64,000 nt of DNA from Octopus vulgaris (GCA_951406725.2 OX597838.1:9486001-9550000), one strand, 5' to 3'. Shown: positions 28,673 to 43,619, counted from the stretch's first letter. Translations and numbers: made by a program. Notes: a model not told the origin generated them from the letters alone.

Positions 28673-29599
28673 TTTATCGAACCTGAAAAGATGACGTCAA
28701 AGTTATCCTCGATGAGGTTTGAACTCGGTGTACAGAGAACCGGAGCAAAAACTGCACCATATTTTGTCCAACGTTCTAACACCTCAGTCCATCGATCTCA
28801 CTGGGTCTGGTTTAACATTCAATGCAGCTAAGATCGTTTGTCTCACAGTATGAAGTTAACAATTTCCCTAAAAGAAGGGCAAGGTCTTTCGATATATCTT
28901 TATAATGTTATACGATACACACAGATCTTGTGAATGAGAGAAAGAGAGGAAGGTCTTTGACCTCTTCATAAAATTTCAACGGTGTGTTGTTTTGTTGTTA
29001 TTGTGGTTGGGGAGAAGTGATAATGTATGAGGATACAAAACGGGAGGGAAAGGAATACGATATCGTCATGATGCTTTGTAATAGCGCATGGAAGGGAAAT
29101 GGATATGATAGTAAAGAGTCTTGAGGATAGCGGAGGGGGGTGAACGAGTGGAGGGGAGTTTGGGTAACCGATGTGTTGACGTGTGATGGACAGACAAGCC
29201 GTGGAAACTGGGAGAGATTGATGCAACAAACACAAAATGGGATGAATATGTGACTCCCATATGTAAAAAAAAAAGAAAAAATATAATGGATTTATTAGCG
29301 TATCTCTAAACGTGTCAGTGAGAGAGTGAGAGTGAAGGACAGAGAAACAGAGACAGAGAAAGGCAGAGGGAGTGAGAGAGGGACAGATCGAAACACAGAG
29401 AGAGAAACAGAGAGAAGTACAAGTGTGGTTTGTGATTTATGGATATTTTACTTCCCTGGTTTTTTAATGCAGTTTTCAGTTTATCTTCGGTTTTAGGTGA
29501 GGTTTGTAACATGACGAGGATACTTGTTTGCTTTTGTTGTTGTTGCCGTTGTTGTTAAAATATTTTGCTGTGATTTATCGTTCCTGCGCTTCTGGCTTA

Positions 29600-30920
29600 C
29601 GTGTAGTCCTGGTGTGTGGTTTGTAGTTTATATATGATGTGTGAACGGTGTATGCGTAAGTCCGTCTGTGTGCGTGGTTTGCATACGGCTTATGGGATGT
29701 TTCTGCCGTATGTGTGGTCTGTGCCTAGGATTTTAGGTTTTCGTGTAAGATTTGTCCACGGTGTATCATTTATGTATAGCTTCTGTGTTGTATATGCCTT
29801 ATGTACGGTTTCTGTGTGATGTATGCCCGGGTAAAATATATGCACAGTTTATTAATGATGCGTATAACATATGTATGGTTTCTCTCTGGTGCATAACTTC
29901 TGTATGTCTTCTGCGTAGTTTATGCCTTATGTATGACTTCAGTATGGATGTATGTCGTATGTATAGCTTCTGTGTTGTGTATGCCTTATGTACGGTTTCT
30001 GTGTGATGTATGCACGGGTAAAAGATATGTGCAATGTATACCGCGTGCACAGTTTATTAATGATGCGTATAACATATGTATGGTTTCTCTCTGGTGCATA
30101 ACTTATGTATGTCTTCTGTGTGGTTTATGCCTTATGTATGACTTCAGTATGAATGTATGTCGTATGTATGGCATCTGTGTAGTTTCTGCGTTATTTATCG
30201 TTTCTATCTGTTAAAGATTTGAGTGTGGTTTATACCTTACATATCCTTTTCTATTCTAGGCACAAGGCCCGAAATTTTGGGGGAGTGGAGGTCAGTCGAT
30301 TAGATCGACTCCAATACGCAACAGGTACTTAATTTATCGACCCCTGAAAGGAAGAAAGGCAAGGTCGGGTTCGGCGGAATTTGAACTCAACGTAAAGACA
30401 GACGAAATACCGATAAGCCTGGCATGCTAATTGTACCTTACATATCGTTGTGAGGAGCATGTTTTATGCATGGATTTTGTGTGATTGAGGCCTTATGTAT
30501 GGTTTACATGTGGTTTATGCCTTATGTATGACTCCAATAAGTTGTATGCCTTATATATACTTTAAGTGTAGCGTATACCTTATGAATGGTTGCGTGCGGC
30601 TTGAAGCTATGATATGGTCACTATGAAGTATATATTTCTTTACTACCCACAAGGAGCTAAACATAGAGGGGACAAACAAGGACAGACAAACGGATTAAGT
30701 CGATTACATCAACCCCAGTGCGAAACTGGTACTTAATTTATCGACCCCAAAAGGATGAAAGGCAAAGTCGACCTCGGCGGAATTTGAACTCAGAACGTAA
30801 CGACAGACGAAATACCGCTAAGCATTTCGCCCGGCGCGCTAACGTTTCTACCAGCTCGTCACTGTGAAGTATATGCCTTATGTATGGCATTTGTAGAGTA
30901 TATGCCGTACGAGTAAGTAA
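29600..30920. repeat. Degenerate minisatellite (TATGCCTTATGTATG motif) containing a recent ~190-bp tandem duplication
   Basis: 29772-29958 is duplicated at 29959-~30165; motif recurs throughout; two SINEs inserted. Confidence 0.8.
30245..30860 (-). mobile_element. Two SINE family 2 copies (~30245-30430 and ~30633-30860)
   Basis: Reverse-complement consensus matches. Confidence 0.85.
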
Positions 30921-31308
30921 GATGGGCTTCTTCAAAGTTATCATGTGCAGCACAACTAATTACCACATTGCCACATTACGCCCTACTCCAAGACGGTGCT
31001 GTGTGATATGAAGAAGACTTGGCTGCTATGTCTAGCAGAAGCAGACAGCCACGTAAAAAATGCCTGGCGTATATATGCGGTTGGGTAAGGTGTATGGCCA
31101 GTGAGTGGGGGGGGGGGGTGTTGGTTTGTATTTACTTGTTTGTCACTTCCAGTCATGCGGTGTTTACAATTTACGGCATCTGTGTTTCTTGAATTTGTTA
31201 ATGGCGAACGAGTTAGCGGTGTTATATCACATTATATTGTATTATATTCGCATCTGGTTATGACAATCCGTGCATTATATTCACTACATACATATGTATG
31301 CAGTACAT

Positions 31309-31364
<56 letters not shown>

Positions 31365-31371
31365 TTATATA

Positions 31372-31405
<34 letters not shown>

Positions 31406-31544
31406 TATATGCACATACGCATATATAAATATAAGAACATACATACCTGTAGTAAAATATTTACATATGCATCATATATGCATATATATATATATATGCA
31501 CACGCATACACACACACACACATATATATATATTTATATGTATG

Positions 31545-31575
<31 letters not shown>

Positions 31576-31877
31576 ATACATATATACACACATATATATC
31601 TATGTATATAAATATATATGTATGTATGTATATATATATATATATGCGCACACATATATGTCTATGTTTGCATAATGTATATGTATGCATGTGTGTGTAT
31701 ATGTACAAACATACATACATGCGTATATTAACGTGTTGGTGTTTCTGTGTCTCAGTGTTTGATTGTGGCTGTGTGGGTTCGTGTGTGCGTGCGTCCATGT
31801 GTGTGTGAGTGTGTGTGTGTGTGTGTGTCTGTATCTGAGTGTCTGTGTGTCTGAGTGTGTATGTACCTGTATAAATG

Positions 31878-31950
<73 letters not shown>

Positions 31951-31978
31951 TATATACATATATATATACATATGTACA

Positions 31979-32194
31979 TGTCCGAAGTTAGGACGCCATG
32001 ATAGATCGTTAGCCCCCTACACGCAATTTTTTTCTCTCCTTGTTTCTTTTCTGTGTATCTTTCTGTCGAAGAGCGTAGGCTCGAAACGTAAAAGACTTTT
32101 TCTATTTTTCTATTCCTGAGCGCTATACTAATACATTTGTTTGTTTGTACACCACCTGCCTTCGTCTTTTGTTTATTTTCGTAAACTATCCCTT

Positions 32195-32197
<3 letters not shown>
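31979..32197 (+). mobile_element. Short non-coding PLE-derived element (family A) between TA-rich microsatellites, with a hammerhead-like motif at 32058-32095
   Basis: Near-identical inverted copy at 20653-20878. Motif TCTTT-CTGTCGA-A-GAGC-GTAG-GCTC-GAAAC-GTA-AAAGA. Confidence 0.7.
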
Positions 32198-32225
<28 letters not shown>

Positions 32226-32489
32226 ATCCTTATATAAGTGTGTCTACGTGTTAATACATATGTCTTTGTGCGTGCACGTATTCTTTTATTCTTTTATTTT
32301 TTATTCTTTTATTCTTTTATTCTTTTACTTGTTTGAGTCATTTGACTGCGACCATGCGAGACCACCTCCTTTAGAGGAACAAATCGACACAGGACTTATT
32401 CTTTGTATATGCATGTATATATACATATGTATGTAGGTATGTACATATATGTATATATGCATATAATTATATTATATTATATATATTAT

Positions 32490-32720
32490 TTTTTCACTTG
32501 TTTCAGTCATTTGACTGTGGTCATGCTGGAGCACCGCCTTTAGTCGAGCAAATCGACCCCAGGACTTATTCTTTGTAAGCCTAGTACTTACTCTATCGTC
32601 TCCTTTGCCGAACCGCTATGTTACGGGGACGTAAACACACCAGCATCGGTTGTCAAGCGATGTTGGGGGAACAAACACAGACACACAAACCTATACACAC
32701 ACATACACACACACACACAC

Positions 32721-32784
<64 letters not shown>

Positions 32785-32960
32785 ACATATATATATACGA
32801 CAGGCTTCTTTTCAGTTTTCGTCTACCAAATCCACTCACAAGGCTTTGGTCGGCCCGAGATTATAGTAGAAGACAGTTGCCCAAGGTGCCACGCAGTGGG
32901 ACTGAACCCGGAACCATGTGGTTGGTAAGCAAGCTACTTACCACACAGCCACTCCTACGC
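32490..32960 (-). mobile_element. SINE family 1, full length (a further tail fragment lies at ~32285-32405)
   Basis: Family consensus. Confidence 0.92.
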
Positions 32961-33289
32961 GTATATATATATATACGCACATAAAGGAAAGAGGAGGTAC
33001 TTTAAAAAAGGTATATTATCTCCACGTAATTATTTCTAATTTTATTGATTATTATTTATTAAACAAGATGTGCCGTCGTTGATCAAAATTTTGGAATAGA
33101 CCAGTCACCTCTTCGCTGTAATTATGATGGTCGCAATGACACGAAGGGACAGCATGTGCTACTCGGACGAAGCCAATATCACACAGCCTTATTTGTTTAT
33201 TTATTTATTTTTATACGCAAGTTGATCACACGCTTCTAATGCGATTAAGCACTGATTCGTACATATAACGCGGCAAGAGTGACAAAAGA

Positions 33290-33508
33290 GTGTATGTATG
33301 TATGTATGCATGCATGCATGTATGTATGTATGTATGTATGTATGTATGTATGTATGTATGTATGTATACATGCATGCATGTATGTATGTATGTATGTATG
33401 TATGTATGTATGTATGTATGTATGTATGTATGTATGTATGTATGCATGCATGCATGCATGTATGTATATATGTATGTATGTATGTATGTATGCATGCATG
33501 TATGCATG

Positions 33509-33542
<34 letters not shown>

Positions 33543-33692
33543 TGTATGTATGTATACATGCATGCATGTATGTATGTATGTATGTATGTATGTATGTATG
33601 TATGTATGTATGTATGTATGTATGCATGCATGCATTCATGCATGTATGTATATATGTATGTATGTATGTATACATGCATGCATGTATGCATG

Positions 33693-33726
<34 letters not shown>

Positions 33727-33998
33727 TGTATGTATGTATGTATGTATGTATGTATGTATGTATGTATGTATGAATGCATGTATGTATATGTATGTATGTA
33801 TGCATGCATGTATGTATGTATGTATGTATGTATGTATGTATGTATATATGTATGTATGTATGAATGCATGTATGTATGTATATGTATGTATGTATGCATG
33901 TATGTATGTATGTATGTATGTATGTATGTATGTATGTATGTATGTATGTATGAATGCATGTATGTATGTATGTATGTATGTATGTATGTATGTATGCG
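33290..33998. repeat. Long (TATG)n microsatellite with CATG variants
   Basis: Direct reading. Confidence 0.97.
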
Positions 33999-34819
33999 TG
34001 TAACTAGTTTAATCTGAAAGAATGCACGATTTAGATGTTTTTATACGCAAGGATATTTACATCCGAAATAGTAATTAGATTTCTAAATGACAAACGGCAA
34101 ATACTTAGGAACGCAGTGGGTTTTCTCACCTGATAGTTTCTTTAATTTCTCATTTATGTCAGGTAATTACAGAGTATCTATTCAAACTACATGTCTTAGG
34201 CATCTCATTAATATATATCTACGTCACGTTAATAGCCTTTTGTCTGGATTACTTGATGCTTCATTCTTCGTCTTCACGTCTGCATTCCCCATACACCCAT
34301 TGACAAGCAAGAATCAGCAAAGTTGAATCCCAAATGAGAGCCCATTGATATACCGTCAGATTGAGCAATGTAAATACTACCTCTGGTATTTCTCAATGGT
34401 AATATTTGTATGAGCTTACATACATACATGTATAGGTACATATATGTGTGTATGTATGTATGTATGCCTGTATGTGTATGTATGTATATGCATGTATGTA
34501 TATATATATGTATGTATGTATATATTCATATTTATACATATATAAACATACATATACATATATGTGTATGCATTTACTTATGTATGTATAAATGTATATG
34601 GGAGATGTGCAACTGTGTTTCTCCCTGTATATGTGTGTGCATGTGTGTGTTTGCGTGCGTTTGTGTGCGTGCGCGCGCGTGCGTGTGTGCGGGATGTTTG
34701 TGTATGTAATTAAAACTTAATGCTTCATGTATATCTAATTAATGCTTCTGGTCTATTCAGTGCAATAATACGGGTAATTTATTAAATTATGTACTGCTGA
34801 ATGGGATGTATAAGTGTGG

Positions 34820-34856
<37 letters not shown>

Positions 34857-34907
34857 CGCGCGTGTGTATAAGAATGCATGCATATAAATATATATATATT
34901 TGTGTGT

Positions 34908-34950
<43 letters not shown>

Positions 34951-35401
34951 TACACACATACACAGCTTCACAAAAACCTGAATATTTATATATATACAAG
35001 TATGTATGTGTTTATGTCTATGGGTATGTGTGCGTGTGTGTGTGTATGTGTATGTACACGCGCACACACACACACACATTTGTATTAAGAATACATATAT
35101 GTTTGCTAATGCAGAGGTAGATATTCGTCATTTGACAACAGGAAACCCAAGTATACTAAGTATATATAAATATACATTCACAAACACACACACACATATA
35201 TATAATATCATACACATGCATACATATGTAGGGCTTCATATATATATGTATACATATATATATATATCTACGTATATATATGTATATATATATATTATAC
35301 ATATATTATATGTATATATTTATATATTATATACATATATATATATATTATATGCATATGATATATATATTATATATATACATGTATATATATATACATA
35401 A

Positions 35402-35438
<37 letters not shown>

Positions 35439-35467
35439 ATATATTATATATATATTTATATATTATA

Positions 35468-35539
<72 letters not shown>

Positions 35540-35568
35540 TACATATATATATATACACACACACACAC

Positions 35569-35638
<70 letters not shown>

Positions 35639-35955
35639 GATGCTTTTGAATGCGTTTGTGTTGTCCTGCCTCTAAGTCTGAAGCAAATATCCAATATGTA
35701 CTTCAGCATGGTTCTTGATGTCGCCAGATTGGATTCTCTTTGTGGCTGTGTACACCTATGTACTTTTATATGTATTTTACTGCGGCTGTTTCTCTTTTTT
35801 TTTTTTGTTTTATTGTATTTACTGTATTGTATTTTATTTCAGGTTCCATATTGCGTTTGTTTATGCGCATGTGTATATGAGAGTGTTTGAGGGTTTCAGC
35901 TGGTGTGTGTTTTGGGACTGTTTTGAGACAGAAATGTATGGTGTATGTATAAAAG

Positions 35956-36031
<76 letters not shown>

Positions 36032-36208
36032 AAGAGAGAGCTTAAAGAGGAAGAGAGCTAGAAGTGGGGAGGAGTGAAAGATAGTATTACGTAGATTGAT
36101 TGTATATACTGATATATAGTGTATGAGACGTGTTAACCTATGTGTGTGTGCGTATGTGTGTGTAGGAATGTATGCATGTATGAATGTGTGCATGTATATA
36201 TATGTATG

Positions 36209-36276
<68 letters not shown>

Positions 36277-36316
36277 TAGATAGGTAGATAGATAGATAGA
36301 TAGATAGAAAGATAGG

Positions 36317-36438
<122 letters not shown>

Positions 36439-37064
36439 TACCCACACATATATACTTACATAAATACATATATGTATATATGCATACACAGATATACTCT
36501 TATATGTTTGCGCATGTATGTATGTATGTATGTATGTATGCATGTGTATGTCTGTGTGTGTGTGTATGTCTGTGTGTGTGTATGTATGTATGTATGTATG
36601 TATGTATGTATGTATGTATGTATGTATTCATGTGTATGTTTGTGTGCGTATGTAGGAAGGATGATGAGGGAAAAAGAAGAAAAGGACACTTGTAGAGCGC
36701 AAGAGATAGAGAGATTAAGTGTGATATTGTGAATACTGGCGAAGCATGGAGGGATAGCCGGAGAGATACCAGAAGAGATAAGAGAGAGAGGGAGAATAGA
36801 AGCGGAATGGGGTTCAGTGTGAGGAGGGGTATATTACTGTTGTTAGGCATTCGCTAATCTGGATGCGATCGCAAATGATTTGTCAGGAGAGTAATTAAAC
36901 CAAGACTTAAAGGTAGACCTGGAATACAGGACGGAGGTGAAGAGGAGGGGAAGGCTCAAAATATGGCGTCGTGGTTGCGTTCTGTCGTGCTGACGGAGTG
37001 GCGGAGTGGCGGTGAGGTGAACGAGGTGGGTGTGGAAGCGGTGGAAGGTTAGAAGGTTCTGGGC

Positions 37065-37536
37065 GTGGTTGTGGTGGTGGCGGTGGCGGCGGCGGTGGTG
37101 GTGGTGGTGGTGGTGGTGGTGGTGGTGGTGGTGGTGGTGGTAGTGGTGGTAGTAGTATTGGTGAGAGAAGTGATGATGGTGGTTGTGATGATGCGAGTGA
37201 CGGTGGTAGCGGTAGTGGTTGTGGTAGTTGTAGAGGTAGTGTTAGTGATAGTGGTTGTGGTGATAGTGGTTATAGTGGTAGTTATGGTGATGATGGTGGT
37301 TGAGGTGATAGTTGCTTTGTTGGTAGTAATAGTAGTAGTGGTTGTGGTGGTGATGGTAGGAATGATGGCGAGGAAGGTGATAGTGGTAGTGGCGATGGTA
37401 GCGGTAGTGATAGCGGTCGTGGTACTCGTAGTGGTAGTCGTGGGTGTTGTGGTGGTGGTGGTGGTGGTGGTAGTGTTGATGGTGCTGGTGGTTCTAGTGG
37501 TAGTGATGCTGATGGTAGTAATAGTGGTGGTGGTGG

Positions 37537-37567
<31 letters not shown>

Positions 37568-37632
37568 GGTGCTGGTGGTTCTAGTGATAGTGATGCTGAT
37601 GGTAGTAATAGTGGTGGTGGTGGTAATTGTGA
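37065..37632. repeat. Degenerate (GTG/GTA)n trinucleotide tract
   Basis: Direct reading. Confidence 0.95.
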
Positions 37633-38027
37633 TGTGCGTGTTCGTCATACATCCAGGTGATGGTCCAATTTTTTTCTTTCCTTTTTCCTCTTTGGTATTT
37701 CCATTTCCTCGTGTCGATGGTCAGTAAACGAGGGCCGTGCACAATTTGTTCTGAAGTGTACGTATGTAGTACTGCCATTTGGGTCCTTTGTCGTTTATTG
37801 TGGTTTTGTAGTTGATTAAAGAGAGGTTGGGGACCCAGGTAAGACTGGCTAATCGATGATCAATGATAGATCGAATGTATTATCCGTATACCATACCCGT
37901 TGATGTTTCCTTCCGTTGCACAAATATGACAGTTTCGTGATTGCTTTAAATATGTCTGAGAATAGTTTTGTCTTCTGTTTGTGCTTTGAACGTTGCAGCT
38001 GTTCTTTTCTGAGATTCCTAGTATTTT

Positions 38028-38412
38028 GTGGAGTCGCAATGGCCCAGTGGTTAGGGCAGCGGACTCGCGGTCATAGGATCGCGGTTTCGATTCCCAGACC
38101 GGGCGTTGTGAGTGTTTTTTGAGCGAAAACACCTAAAGCTCCACGAGGCTCTGGCAGGGGATGGTGGTGATCCCTGCTGTACTCTTTCACCACAACTTTC
38201 TCTCACTCTTACTTCCTGTTTCTGTTGTACCTGTATTTCAAAGGACCGGCCTTGTCACTCTCTGTGCCACGCTGAATATCCCCGAGAACTACGTTAAGGG
38301 TGCACGTGTCTGTGGAGTGCTCAGCCACTTACACGTTAATTTCACGAGCAGGCTGTTCCGTTGATTCGGATCAACCGGAACCCTCATCGTCGTAACCGAC
38401 GGAGTGCTTCCA
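38028..38412 (+). mobile_element. SINE family 3, TSD AGTATTTTG
   Basis: Family consensus; flanking direct repeats. Confidence 0.92.
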
Positions 38413-38454
38413 ATCCAGTATTTTGTCTTCTCTGTGTGTATGTGTGTGTGTGTG

Positions 38455-38640
38455 TCGACTAGTGGTTCGGTGGTTAGGTTGCTACACTCACGGTTACAAG
38501 ATCGTGGTTTCAATTCCTGGCGCGAGCGGCTCGTTGTGTTCTTGAGCAAAGACACTCCATATCACGTTGCTCCAGACCATTCAGCTGTAAAAGGAATAAC
38601 TCCGTGACCTTGTGACGGACCGACGACCCATTCAAGGGTG
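38455..38640 (+). mobile_element. SINE family 4, partial
   Basis: TGTGTTCTTGAGCAAA...TTGCTCCAGACCATTCAGCTGTAAA. Confidence 0.7.
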
Positions 38641-39054
38641 AGGTGGGAAGTGTTGGGATTTCCGTGATACGTCATGGAAACTGGGTAACCGACTCTATGC
38701 GTTCTGGGACTCGAGACAGAAAAGTGCGGGTTACATTTCTGTCTGGCTGGCTGTCTGTCTGGCTGTCTGGCTTGCTGTCTGGCTGTCTGGCTGTCTGGCT
38801 GTCTGGCTGGCTGTCTGATTGTCTGTGTCAGTGTGTGCGCATGCACGATATTTATGTTGTTCAATGTGGTAGGTGGCTGCCTATGATGGTCCCCGATGAT
38901 GCTGGTATAACAGCAGACGGTGGATCTATCAGGCGCTACGTTGAGTCTGCTCTGGTGCCAAGTTTCTTGATAATATTATACAGGATTAAAGCGGTGAGCT
39001 AGCGGAATCGTTAGCACGCCGGGCAAATATCCTATTGGTGAAGAATCTTTTATT

Positions 39055-39870
39055 CTGTTGGTCAAAAAGCAGAGGTGACGTCATCCTCACTGTAATACTG
39101 ATTTCCATTTACGTGGGTTTTTTTCATTTTGGGGGACAGATGATAGTCAGATGGGATCAAATCAGAAGAATATGGAGTGTGGTCAACCAGTTCAAAGTGA
39201 CAGTCATGTACAGCAGCCAAAAAGCCAAGGACTTGTGCTAGAACATCGTCCTGGTGGAACAAGACCTTTTTCGTCAGTTTTCCTGGCTGTTTGATCTTGA
39301 TAGTATTCTTTATTGATGGTGTGACCCTTTTGAAGATTGTTATTAAACAATTTCCTTTAGCTTCCCAAAGAACCTGAGTCTTCCCTGCAGATGAAATGAA
39401 CTGGGCTTTCTTTGGAGCAGGAGAGGAAGGATGTGGATTATCTCTTTGTCTCTGGCTCAAAGTGATGAAACTAACACTCATCCTGGGTTAGGAAACGTTC
39501 AAGGGAACCAGCTGAATTGGCCCAAATGTCAGATTTTCCTGTGATGTGATTAGCCTGATGCACTTTTGATCAGGTGTCAAAAGACATGGCACCCATCTAG
39601 CAGAAACCTTCGTCATGTCAAATTCATTGAACCTAATATTCTTATCTCTCTTGGGGGAACGTACTAATAGTATTGTCTATTTGATTTGCAGTTAATCACC
39701 TGTCATCCATTAGCATGTGGTGAACACGATCAATATTTTCCTTGGTGGTGACAGCTGCAAGACATCTAAGCCTTGGGACATCTCCAAGACTCTCCCTTTC
39801 TTCCTAAATTCAGCTGCCCGCTTTTGCACTGTTGACAAAGCTGGGGCATCATCCCGGAATGTAGTAATCA
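39055..39870 (-). pseudogene. mariner (DD34D) transposase remnant
   Basis: MTKVSARWVPCLLTPDQK (WVPHEL-type motif), PKKAQFISSAGK, VLFHQDD, HTPYSSDLIPSDYHL (YSPDLAPSD-type motif). Confidence 0.9.
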
Positions 39871-39872
39871 TG

Positions 39873-40100
39873 TCAGTATGAACGTCTTTGAGGACTAAAC
39901 CCTTTTAGTGCAGGTACTTCAGATCTGTATCGAACTTGCGACCCTACGATCGTGAGCGAGAGGATCAGGAATATTTTCCAGCTCTGAAGGGCCAATATTT
40001 GGGATATTCTCCTAGCTGTGTTGAGGATACTGTTTCGACAAGAGAGATCTTTGGTGATACTAAACCCCATGACAAGAGAGCAACCGTGAAGGTTCTAGCT
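39873..40100 (-). pseudogene. CR1/Jockey-group LINE RT C-terminal fragment
   Basis: GFSITKDLSCRNSILNTARRISQILAL...SQVR resembles the LG..I..DLSW..HI..I.K.A....Y...VRP.LEY pattern. Confidence 0.5.
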
Positions 40101-41028
40101 GAGTGCTACCTGTGTTTAAGAAATGTGTTGTGCGAAAAAACTGCTCTGATGTTTGTTGTACCGTGTACTTTATATTGAAAGAGACAAGGTCAACATGGTC
40201 CTCACTACTGGGGTGGGGAGCGGAATCCTCCATTCATGGAACCTGTGAAGGTTTTGCGTTTGGTGTCTAGGTTGCGCGTGGATGACATATGTGGTTGGAG
40301 AATATTGAATAGCAATGAAAGGTAGGATCACGAGCCTGAGAATAGCTGTTGATGTTAGACGCCATAGAAGAGAGAGTTGGAGGGAGAGGAGGAGGAGGAG
40401 GAGGAGGTAGGGGAGGGAGAGCATTTGTGGAGAATGTCTGGGTTAGTAGTGTCAAAGATTGACCTTCTTAAAATTTTCGAAGGAGAGTGACGGGTCTGCA
40501 TGATATTCATAATCGAGATGAAACACTAAGACAAGGCGACGAAATAAAAGAGACCTGTGGGTCACGCTTTGCCATATATGGTTCACGACCCGCGTTGTCA
40601 GTTTCGTATCTGAATCAATCAAACTTAACAAAGAGCCATACAAGAACAACAGCAAAAAAAAAAGAAAACCCTAACAAAAAAAAATAGCTACAGTAAACTT
40701 TTTTTATTGCCTTTGAACCGACCCAGATGCCATAACACTCTTTCAGCGAAATAAAATGAGTCATTGTTAACTGGGACTTTCGAGGCTATTAAACGGAATT
40801 TATTTTCGTTAAAAAGTTGAAAGACGTATTACGGTTTGTCTGGGAAAACTAGACAGAGAGATTTTTGTACGTAAAACTTTTTGGCCTCAAGATAACAATA
40901 TATATCTTGGCTTCTGTTTCTTTTTTTTTTTTTTATTTCTATTTTATTCTGATATTTAATGCAACTGGTATTTTAATTTCATCCACATATATATATAAAT
41001 GTACATACATGTACATAGATAAATCTAT

Positions 41029-41119
<91 letters not shown>

Positions 41120-41138
41120 CATACATATATATATGGAT

Positions 41139-41191
<53 letters not shown>

Positions 41192-41309
41192 TATACATAT
41201 ATATGTATATATACATGTATATGTATGCATGTATGTATGAATGAATATATAAATGAATGAATGTGTGTATGTGTTTGTGTATGTACCTGTACATTGATAG
41301 AAAATACTT

Positions 41310-41341
<32 letters not shown>

Positions 41342-41440
41342 CGTATTGCTATATATATATCTATATATATATGTATATACATGTTTACATGGGATACATG
41401 TGATATCGCTTGCATACACACATACACACACATACACACA

Positions 41441-41626
<186 letters not shown>

Positions 41627-42144
41627 ATATATATATAAAAGCAAGTGATATTCAATTTTATCTTTTGCGTATGTATGTGTACACGCGTGATACGCAATCA
41701 TTGCTGCTGAATCTGTATATGTATGCATATGTTGTGTGCGTACGCATGCGTGAGGGACACGTGACACTAAATTTAGATTTTCTTTTATTGTCTGTGTTGA
41801 TATTTTATTTCATTTTTTTGTGTTGTTATTTTTTTGTGTGTGGCGGAGATATCTTTTTTCTTCATTTTTTTTATTCAGGTCGGTCGTCTGCGTTTTTGTT
41901 GGTTTTATTATTTTCAGTTTTCTTTGGGGGTTGGCGAGAGGTGATTGATATTACTTTTTATCTTGTTTGTTGATGTTATTGTTGTTGTTGGCGGCGGCGG
42001 CGGCGGTGGTGGTGGTGAAAGTGATGGAGATGCTAGTTGGTAGTGAGGTGGAGGCAATGGTGTTGGGGGTAATTAACCCCAGGATGGTCCAGAATGAGCA
42101 AACTAATAATCACAAAGTCGTTTCCAACCATCTCTCTTTTTTTC

Positions 42145-42547
42145 TCTCTCTTTTACTTGTTTCAGTCATTTGACTGCGGCCATGCTGGAGCACCGCCTTT
42201 AGTCGAGCAAATCGACCCCATGACTTATTCTTTGTAAGCCCAGTACTTATTCTATCGGTCTCTTTTGCCGAACCGCTAAGTAACGGGGACGTAAACACAC
42301 CAGCATCGGTTGTCAAGCAATGCTAGGGGGACAAACACAGACACACAAACATACATGCACATATATATATATATATATACATATATACGACAGGCTTCTT
42401 TCAGTTTCCGTCTACCAAATCCACTCACAAGGCATTGGTCGGCCCGGGGCTATAGCAGAAGACACTTGCCCAAGATGCCACGCAGTGGGACTGAACCCGG
42501 AACCATGTGGTTGGTAGGCAAGCTACTTACCACACAGCCACTCCTGC
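42145..42547 (-). mobile_element. SINE family 1, full length
   Basis: Family consensus. Confidence 0.92.
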
Positions 42548-42580
42548 CACATCGTTGCCCTTTATTTATTTGTTTATTTA

Positions 42581-42612
42581 TACGAGGGTGAGTCAAAAAT
42601 TATATGCACCCT
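42581..42612 (+). mobile_element. Isolated mariner-type terminal inverted repeat fragment
   Basis: TA-CGAGGGTGAGTCAAAAATTAT matches the mariner TIR start pattern; no partner TIR seen. Confidence 0.4.
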
Positions 42613-42744
42613 TGTTTTTTCAACCTATCTACACAAAAAAGTAGGGGATAAACAAGTGGGTGAGGAAGATGGGGTTAGGGGGAGCTAGGGAGCGATGGAG
42701 GGAGAAGAGAAGGAAAGGTAAAATCGGCTTCAAAATATTTGGCA

Positions 42745-42938
42745 AAACCCAGCAAATTCTGAGGAGGGGGTTAGTCGACTACGTTGACCCCCAATCATCA
42801 AATGGTACTTACCTTATAAACTCTGAAATGATGAAAGGCAAAGTTGACCACGGCAGAATTTGAACTCAGAACGTCAAGACGGACAAAATGCCGCTAAATA
42901 TCTTGCCTTGCATGCTAACGATTCTGCCAGTTCACCGT
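42745..42938 (-). mobile_element. SINE family 2, old copy
   Basis: Diverged reverse-complement match. Confidence 0.75.
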
Positions 42939-43506
42939 CCCTCTAGGGAAGGATAATATCGTAGCACCGACTACCTTCAGAGTCATTGAGTACCATCTAA
43001 CATCGACTGAATGTGTCGTTTAGTTAAACTAAAATTGTAATGTCTTGTTCATTCAGCCGTTTTGAGGGGATTTGGCTGCTATTTCTACCACATTAGAAAA
43101 ACGTACAGTGGCTCCCTCTTTAGTTATATATTTATTAGATCATAACCACGTTCCTGCGTGTGTTATTTTGAAATTTGGCAAATGACCAACACTTCTGGTA
43201 TACGTTCCATATTTTTCTCACTATATTTCGGTCTGTGGCCACACATGGTATCCTTGAGTGAGAACCTAGTTTCTTACAACAATAGTTATCACCATAGCAA
43301 CGCACCATTCGCGTAAGCATTGCGTTTCTATAGTAACAGCATCATTTGTCGTGTGTGTGTGCTGGGTAACATGGGACAAGCATCTGTGAAAATGATATTA
43401 TACATTCAAAATGGCTTGCTATCTTTGCATTTACATACACACACAACCACACACACACGCATGCATACATACATACATACATACATACATACATACATAC
43501 ATACAT

Positions 43507-43582
<76 letters not shown>

Positions 43583-43619
43583 CGTACGTAAACGTATATA
43601 TATAGAAGTATGTATATAT

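Noticed and set aside
35100-35695. Possible very old inverted arms around a TA tract
   Set aside because: Only short interrupted matches; not distinguishable from chance by eye
37049-37727. Thr-rich mucin-like or poly-Val ORFs (also poly-Pro/Gly at 54477-55041)
   Set aside because: Degenerate trinucleotide tracts without unique coding flanks or splice structure
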